From contig CAZFYQ010000001.1 of assembly GCA_964523905.1 (NCBI GenBank), positions 121,739-185,738 on the forward strand: 64,000 nt of DNA. Direction: 5' to 3'. This document shows, piece by piece, positions 59,402 through 64,000 of the stretch (its first letter is position 1; each line of letters opens with the position of its first letter). Made by a program: the position numbers and the translations under genes. The notes under the pieces were generated by a model. The model ran no database searches and was not told where the DNA came from. It saw nothing but the letters and a program-made list of their open reading frames with translations. This DNA is from an uncultured Gammaproteobacteria bacterium. Its GTDB lineage: Bacteria; Patescibacteriota; Microgenomatia; Daviesbacterales; UBA10151.

Positions 59402-59750
59402 GTTTACTCTTTACTACCTGACCCAAAGCACCATTGATAAATGCTCCTGAGGAATCAGATCCATATTCCTTTCCCAGTTCAATTGCTTCATCAATGATCA
59501 CTTTTGGAGGTGCCTCCTTTACTATTATCAACTCAAAAATTGCTAAACGCAAGATAGCTAAATCAATTCGATTGATTTCTGCAAACGGTCTGCCGCTTGC
59601 TGCCTTGGTAATTAATCCATCAATTTTTTTAAGATGCTTGATAATTTCGGCGATTTCCTTGGGAGTTTTCTTTTGATTGAAATTCCAAGAAAAAAGTTCC
59701 TGCATTAATTTAATGCGCTGTAAATGGCGGGGATCTTTGGCAGTTCTCAT
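59388..59750 (-). CDS. nusB: Transcription antitermination factor NusB-like
   Basis: Protein of 120 aa, '[13 protein letters not shown]' N-terminal helix pattern, all-helical composition. Confidence 0.55.
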   Translation of the reverse strand: MRTAKDPRHLQRIKLMQELFSWNFNQKKTPKEIAEIIKHLKKIDGLITKAASGRPFAEINRIDLAILRLAIFELIIVKEAPPKVIIDEAIELGKEYGSDSSGAFINGALGQVVKSKHVSN

Positions 59751-59945
59751 CTAAGCTTTAGTAACTTTAACTTCAGGTTTAGCTGCTACCTTTCCTCCAT
59801 AAAAACCACATTCCTTACATACAACGTGAGGTATGGTAGGCTTTCCGCAATTTTTACAAGCCACTACAGACAGAACTAAATTAATAGATGCACGTCTGGT
59901 TTTCTTTCTACCTTTACTATGTCTACGTTTTGGTTCGCCTGCCAT
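59751..59945 (-). CDS. rpmF: 50S ribosomal protein L32 (zinc-ribbon form)
   Basis: 'PKRRHSKGRKKTRRA' N-terminus and 'CKNCGKP...CKECGFYGGK'. Strong SD AAGGAGG 8 nt upstream. Confidence 0.8.
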   Translation of the reverse strand: MAGEPKRRHSKGRKKTRRASINLVLSVVACKNCGKPTIPHVVCKECGFYGGKVAAKPEVKVTKA

Positions 59946-60048
59946 ATTGTTTAAGCCTCCTTAGATCCTTCGGGAACTCGAAGGTCGTTTAGACCTTCTC
60001 GCCCTCAGGATGACAATTTGCTTAGGATATATTATACGCAAATTGTCA
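59946..60048 (-). promoter_or_regulatory. rpmF leader/regulatory region with two overlapping small hairpins and a perfect 11-bp inverted repeat containing TTGACA
   Basis: Inverted repeat TGACAATTTGC (60011-60021) and GCAAATTGTCA (60038-60048) with a 16-nt AT-rich spacer containing TATAAT. Hairpins CCTTCG-ggaact-CGAAGG and AGGTC-gttta-GACCT at 59966-59995. Confidence 0.35.
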
Positions 60049-60067
60049 ATTGTGCCAGTTAATTTTG

Positions 60068-62110
60068 TTAATCAGGCATCACCTCGGACGATATACTTTG
60101 TAATTGTGCCTGTAGTAATGGATATTTGTCAAGCGTGGGGTTTTTTCCAAGCAGAGTTTTGGCAGCGGCTTTGGTTTTCTCAATCAGTGCCAAATCTGAT
60201 AATCTGGCAATCTTAAACTCCATTCTGCCGTGTTGGGCTGTTGAAAAAATTATCCCTCCGCCTCTTATTTTTAAATCAAGTTCGGCTAACTTTAAACCAT
60301 CAAAAGTCTCTTCCATAATTTTTAATCTTTCATTTTCTTCCTCAGAATTTTGTGAAGAATAAAGTAGACAAAATGACTCTTTATCTCCCCGGCCGATTCT
60401 GCCCCGGAGTTGGTGTAACTGGGCTAATCCATAGCGTTCTGCACCCTCAATCACCATTATTGTGGCATTGGGTATATCCATGCCGACTTCAACAACTGAT
60501 GTGGAAACCAGGATGTTAATTTGATTGGCCCGAAACTCTTCTATCACCTTGGCTTTTTCTGCTGACTTCATTCGGCCGTGTAATAATCCCAATTTAAATT
60601 TAGGGAAATAATCTTTCAATTTTTCTAGTTCCTTTTTGGCAGCTTTAACCGAAACCATCGTTTCTGATTCATCAATTAAAGGAGTAATTACATATGCTTG
60701 TTCACCAGCACTTAAGTGTTTTTTAATAAATCCATAACCATCTTCTCTTTTCTTTTCCGGGACTAAATAGGTCTTTATTTTCTGTCTGCCTTTAGGTAAT
60801 TGATCAATAACAGAGATATCCAAATCCCCGTATAAAGTTAAAGCCACTGTTCGAGGAATCGGGGTTGCAGTCATAGTCAAAAAATGCGGAGCTGGGCCTT
60901 TTTGACGCAGTTTGGTGCGTTGGGCAACTCCAAAACGATGCTGCTCGTCGATAATGACTAACCCAACATCAGGAGCTTCGAGTTTATCAGAAATCAACGC
61001 ATGTGTGCCAATAATTACTTGTGATTTTTGTCCACTTTCTGACTGGATCTCCTTTCTACTGCCAGTGTAAATACCAACTGTGATGCCAAATGGCTTTAGT
61101 AATCGGCTGACAGTTTCAAAATGCTGCCAGGCCAGAATTTCTGTAGGAGCCATTAACAAAGATGTAAAACCATTAATGCTGGCCAGGTAGATAAATAAAG
61201 TAGCTACTACTGTTTTACCTGATCCCACCTCTCCTTGTACTAATCTATTCATTGGATAATCTCTTTTTAAATCAGCAATAATTTCTTTGACTACTTTTTT
61301 CTGGGCTTTTGTCAGCTCAAAGGGCAAGCTTTTGGTAAACTGATCAAGATCTTTTTCCTTAATATCCCATCGCTTGATTAGGCTTTTTTTGATCCAGCTT
61401 AAACGGGCCTTTTGGGTGGCTAGGGAAACATAAAACAGCTCATCAAATCCGAGACGTTCGCGCGAAGCATTGATATCCTCCATGGTGTTGGGAAAATGCA
61501 CTTTGGAAATGGCCTCAGGTAAAGTTAACATTTCGCCCCTGACAATATCCGGTAATGGATCTTCAATCTTATCAATGATAGTGGGCAGATATTTATCGAT
61601 TTTTGTCCTAATTGATTTGGAAGTAATACCAGCTGTTTCTGGATAAATTGGCACGATCCTGCCGGTATGTAGAGTTTGTGGAGTAAGAGCGAACAGATCA
61701 TCGACATTTTCCATCAGTTCCCATTTAGGAACCATAATGGATAATTTATTTTTATACCTTATTAATTTCCCGGAGATTTGCACCCGATCCCCTGCTTTAA
61801 GGCCTTTGGTAATGTATGGCATATTAAACCAGGTCAAGTTAACCGGTTCAGTATTGTCATTAAAAATTCCTTGAGTAATGATTTTGTGGGATCTTGTATA
61901 GATATTTTTGATAGAAACAATTTCACCTTGTAGCGTCACCACTTCATCGATCTGAGCATCACTTCCTTTTTTAATTACTGAGTAATCTTCATAGCGAAAT
62001 GGAAAGTGAAAAATTAAATCTCTTAAAGTATACAAGTCTAAGTTGGCCAGTTTATTGGCCACGTAATTACCGATGCCTGGTAAATTGGACAACAAAGTGC
62101 TGGGAATCAT
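60068..62110 (-). CDS. recG: ATP-dependent DNA helicase RecG
   Basis: Wedge domain N-terminus, 'GEVGSGKTVVA' Walker A, DEQH box 'IIDEQHRFG', helicase C. Confidence 0.85.
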   Translation of the reverse strand: MIPSTLLSNLPGIGNYVANKLANLDLYTLRDLIFHFPFRYEDYSVIKKGSDAQIDEVVTLQGEIVSIKNIYTRSHKIITQGIFNDNTEPVNLTWFNMPYITKGLKAGDRVQISGKLIRYKNKLSIMVPKWELMENVDDLFALTPQTLHTGRIVPIYPETAGITSKSIRTKIDKYLPTIIDKIEDPLPDIVRGEMLTLPEAISKVHFPNTMEDINASRERLGFDELFYVSLATQKARLSWIKKSLIKRWDIKEKDLDQFTKSLPFELTKAQKKVVKEIIADLKRDYPMNRLVQGEVGSGKTVVATLFIYLASINGFTSLLMAPTEILAWQHFETVSRLLKPFGITVGIYTGSRKEIQSESGQKSQVIIGTHALISDKLEAPDVGLVIIDEQHRFGVAQRTKLRQKGPAPHFLTMTATPIPRTVALTLYGDLDISVIDQLPKGRQKIKTYLVPEKKREDGYGFIKKHLSAGEQAYVITPLIDESETMVSVKAAKKELEKLKDYFPKFKLGLLHGRMKSAEKAKVIEEFRANQINILVSTSVVEVGMDIPNATIMVIEGAERYGLAQLHQLRGRIGRGDKESFCLLYSSQNSEEENERLKIMEETFDGLKLAELDLKIRGGGIIFSTAQHGRMEFKIARLSDLALIEKTKAAAKTLLGKNPTLDKYPLLQAQLQSISSEVMPD

Positions 62111-62166
62111 AGGCTTTAGTATATCAAATTTGCATTTTAGTGCCTAAAGTAGGATAATCTGAAGCT

Positions 62167-62895
62167 ATGGAAAGATTAGACGTAGGTATAGATAGTAGAT
62201 ATCGAAATACTTTAGCAGTTGGTCCTGCTGCAGAAGCATTTCCTAAAAAGTCATTTCTATCAAAAATTAAGGATTCAATTACAGTAGACTCTGTTAAAAG
62301 TGGTTTAATCGGAGCAGCAATAGGAATTGGGGTTAAATATGGAGTAAAAACTTTTATTACTGGAATAGGAGTAGCTGCTCCACTTGCTGGAGTTGCAGCT
62401 GGTGCAGCTGCAGGTGCTGCCTTGGAAATGGAAAGACAATATCAGAAAGAAAATCATTCCAGTCTTTTTGGTGATATATTACGGATGAGACTAAAAGGAA
62501 CACACTTTCATAAGGGGAGAATAGTTTCCAGTGCCATTATTGGCGGAGTAGGGACCTTTATTGGAGGTGCAGTACTTGATGTAGTAGCAGATAATATAAG
62601 TCATTTTACAAATGTTGTTTCTGCTCAAACACTTTCTCCTAATGTTGAAATTCAAAATACTCCAGTATCAGTGGAACTAGCTCGTCCGGAGACTGACTTT
62701 AAAACTTTTGTTACCATTCAGCAAGATTCCAATCCTTGGAATACTATTAGAGCTTACCAATTTGAAGTTTTAGGTCATCAGCCATCTCCTCAGGAAATCC
62801 ATTATGGTGTATACAAATCACTAGAAATATCAGGGTTAGCTTCAGTAGATGATCATCTTCTCCCACCGGGAACAAGGTTATATCTTAATAGCTAG
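62167..62895 (+). CDS. Glycine-rich membrane protein of unknown function (242 aa)
   Basis: Gly/Ala-rich hydrophobic segments 'GLIGAAIGIGV...GIGVAAPLAGVAAGAAAGAALE'. Confidence 0.4.
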   Translation: MERLDVGIDSRYRNTLAVGPAAEAFPKKSFLSKIKDSITVDSVKSGLIGAAIGIGVKYGVKTFITGIGVAAPLAGVAAGAAAGAALEMERQYQKENHSSLFGDILRMRLKGTHFHKGRIVSSAIIGGVGTFIGGAVLDVVADNISHFTNVVSAQTLSPNVEIQNTPVSVELARPETDFKTFVTIQQDSNPWNTIRAYQFEVLGHQPSPQEIHYGVYKSLEISGLASVDDHLLPPGTRLYLNS

Positions 62896-62985
62896 TTAGA
62901 AGTGGTAGTAAAGAAAATAAAATAATCGCAATTCCACCGATTACAGATAAGATAATCCAAAAGATTCTGGTTTTTTTCGAAGGCA

Positions 62986-64000
62986 TCATATTTTGGTCAG
63001 CCTTTCAATTTCTTCTAGCGCAGCTTTTCTTTTAGGATCTTCAAAATATTTCCGGGCTGGTTCTAATTTCTGAATTAACCACTGCGCAACAGCTGCTTTT
63101 AAATCCATGGGATGCAATTTTTTATCTGCATAATCTTTTTCGAGGTCTTTGTAAGAAGTGTAACTTAAATCCCCACCCCATTTCTCATCTCTTTTAATGA
63201 CCAATGTGGTTGGATGATAAAAAACGAGCCATTTAACCCAATCTAAAATTGGATTCATTTCCACAACTCCCTCAGGAGCATAAGCATTGTTAACTTTTCT
63301 AGTAATCTCCTCTGGTGAATCGTGTAGGAAGACTGCACTGTCTGGTTTTGATTTACTCATTTTCAAGGCTAATTTAACTGATTCAGTGTCATCACCCTCT
63401 GTAACCTCTGGTTTTAAAAGTCCTTGTAACAGGTGATGATGAATGGCAATTGGTTTAGGAAAGCCAACTTCTTTGGCTGCATCTCTTGCTACAACATGAA
63501 CATTTCTTTGATCAGTTCCGGCGTGGGCTAAAGTTATTCCCATTGCAAAGATATCTGCTGATTGTAAAGCTGGATAAATTAACATGGCAGCATCGGAGAT
63601 TTCTGATTCTTTTCTACCCATAATAGTAGTAGAGCGAAGCATTCTGGCAAGAGTTGTTGCTTTAGAAACTTTAATCATAGTGGCCCAATATTCACTCCCC
63701 TTTTTGTCATAAAGCTCTGATCCTAAAACAAATTCTATTTTTTCAGGATTTGCTCCGACACATAGAGCGGCGGCTTTTAGTCCTTCTTCAAAATATTCCC
63801 TAGCCATTTTTCTAGCTGTTTCCAATGTCCCATCGAGTTTTTTATTAAGCCAGGTGTGCCAGTCAGCTAAAAGAATAGTAGTTTCAATTCCCGCATCTTG
63901 TAAGTCCTTTATTTTTAGCATTGAAGCAAGTCCAGTTCCAAGGTGAACTCTGCCAGAAATTTCAAAGCCAATATAATGCTTTAAAGGTGTACCGGAATCT
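62986..64000 (-). CDS. tyrS: Tyrosine--tRNA ligase of archaeal/eukaryotic type (class Ic). The N-terminus runs off the window end.
   Basis: KMSKS present ('LKMSKSKPDSAVFL'). The C-terminus 'KLHPMDLKAAVAQWLIQKLEPARKYF' and the 'YAPEGVVEMNPIL' region closely parallel archaeal TyrRS. The in-frame upstream extension '...YIGFEISGRVHLGTG' provides the HIGH-like motif. No bacterial S4-like C-terminal domain. Confidence 0.7.
   Translation of the reverse strand, partial: DSGTPLKHYIGFEISGRVHLGTGLASMLKIKDLQDAGIETTILLADWHTWLNKKLDGTLETARKMAREYFEEGLKAAALCVGANPEKIEFVLGSELYDKKGSEYWATMIKVSKATTLARMLRSTTIMGRKESEISDAAMLIYPALQSADIFAMGITLAHAGTDQRNVHVVARDAAKEVGFPKPIAIHHHLLQGLLKPEVTEGDDTESVKLALKMSKSKPDSAVFLHDSPEEITRKVNNAYAPEGVVEMNPILDWVKWLVFYHPTTLVIKRDEKWGGDLSYTSYKDLEKDYADKKLHPMDLKAAVAQWLIQKLEPARKYFEDPKRKAALEEIERLTKI

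Noticed and set aside
60011-60048. TTGACA and TATAAT inside the rpmF-upstream dyad read as a canonical promoter
   Set aside because: The spacing is only 7 nt (TTGACA-atttgcg-TATAAT). The TG is two nt, not one, from the -10 hexamer. It is better treated as an operator or an unusual promoter.

Overview
This 64-kb window is a low-GC (about 38-40% by eye), gene-dense bacterial chromosome segment that uses the standard genetic code. The evidence for the standard code is that TGA serves as a stop and that ATGA start/stop overlaps are common. Overall the gene content is consistent with a small-genome, Patescibacteria/CPR-like monoderm bacterium: a type IV pilus locus with no secretin, an archaeal-type TyrRS, a fab-operon 'fossil' with a Ser-less ACP, and many tightly overlapping genes. 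I cannot confirm that taxonomy without database searches.

The window contains four main blocks:
1. 1-16.4 kb, housekeeping and signalling. Two sensor histidine kinases sit with two stand-alone receiver proteins, an O-methyltransferase and a substrate-binding-like protein. The block also holds an RluA pseudouridine synthase, a Kef-type antiporter, an LCP protein, YebC and RuvC.
2. 16.4-26.2 kb, an accessory island. A roughly 0.9-kb ORF-free region is followed by an intact XerC/D-like tyrosine recombinase. Next come an 89-aa leader-like fragment ORF, then a 1187-aa Cys-rich surface protein with FN3 and PKD domains, Pro/Thr linkers and a C-terminal dockerin. Two cohesin-domain membrane proteins follow, then a catalytically degenerate second recombinase paralog. 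The island ends with a DUF360/holin-like gene and an Amidase_2-DUF4214 gene, which diverge from a palindromic promoter.
3. 26.2-42.5 kb, a long minus-strand essential operon. It carries gyrA, FemAB, a frameshifted DegT-like gene, an alpha/beta hydrolase, murF, murD, murC, serC, a serB-serA fusion, gyrB and holB. On the plus strand it is interrupted by murI and a NUDIX gene.
4. 42.5-57 kb, a complete Gram-positive-type type IV pilus locus. It has pilB, pilT, pilC, a major pilin, pilD, about nine further pilin-like genes including a 591-aa putative tip adhesin, and pilM, pilN and pilO. There is no secretin. It is followed by trmD, a KH-domain gene, rpsP, rnc, an ACP-like gene, nusB, rpmF, recG and a partial archaeal-type tyrS.

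The most interesting candidate system is the recombinase-flanked cohesin-dockerin surface-display module at 17.3-24.2 kb. It sits next to the ORF-free region and the holin/amidase pair.
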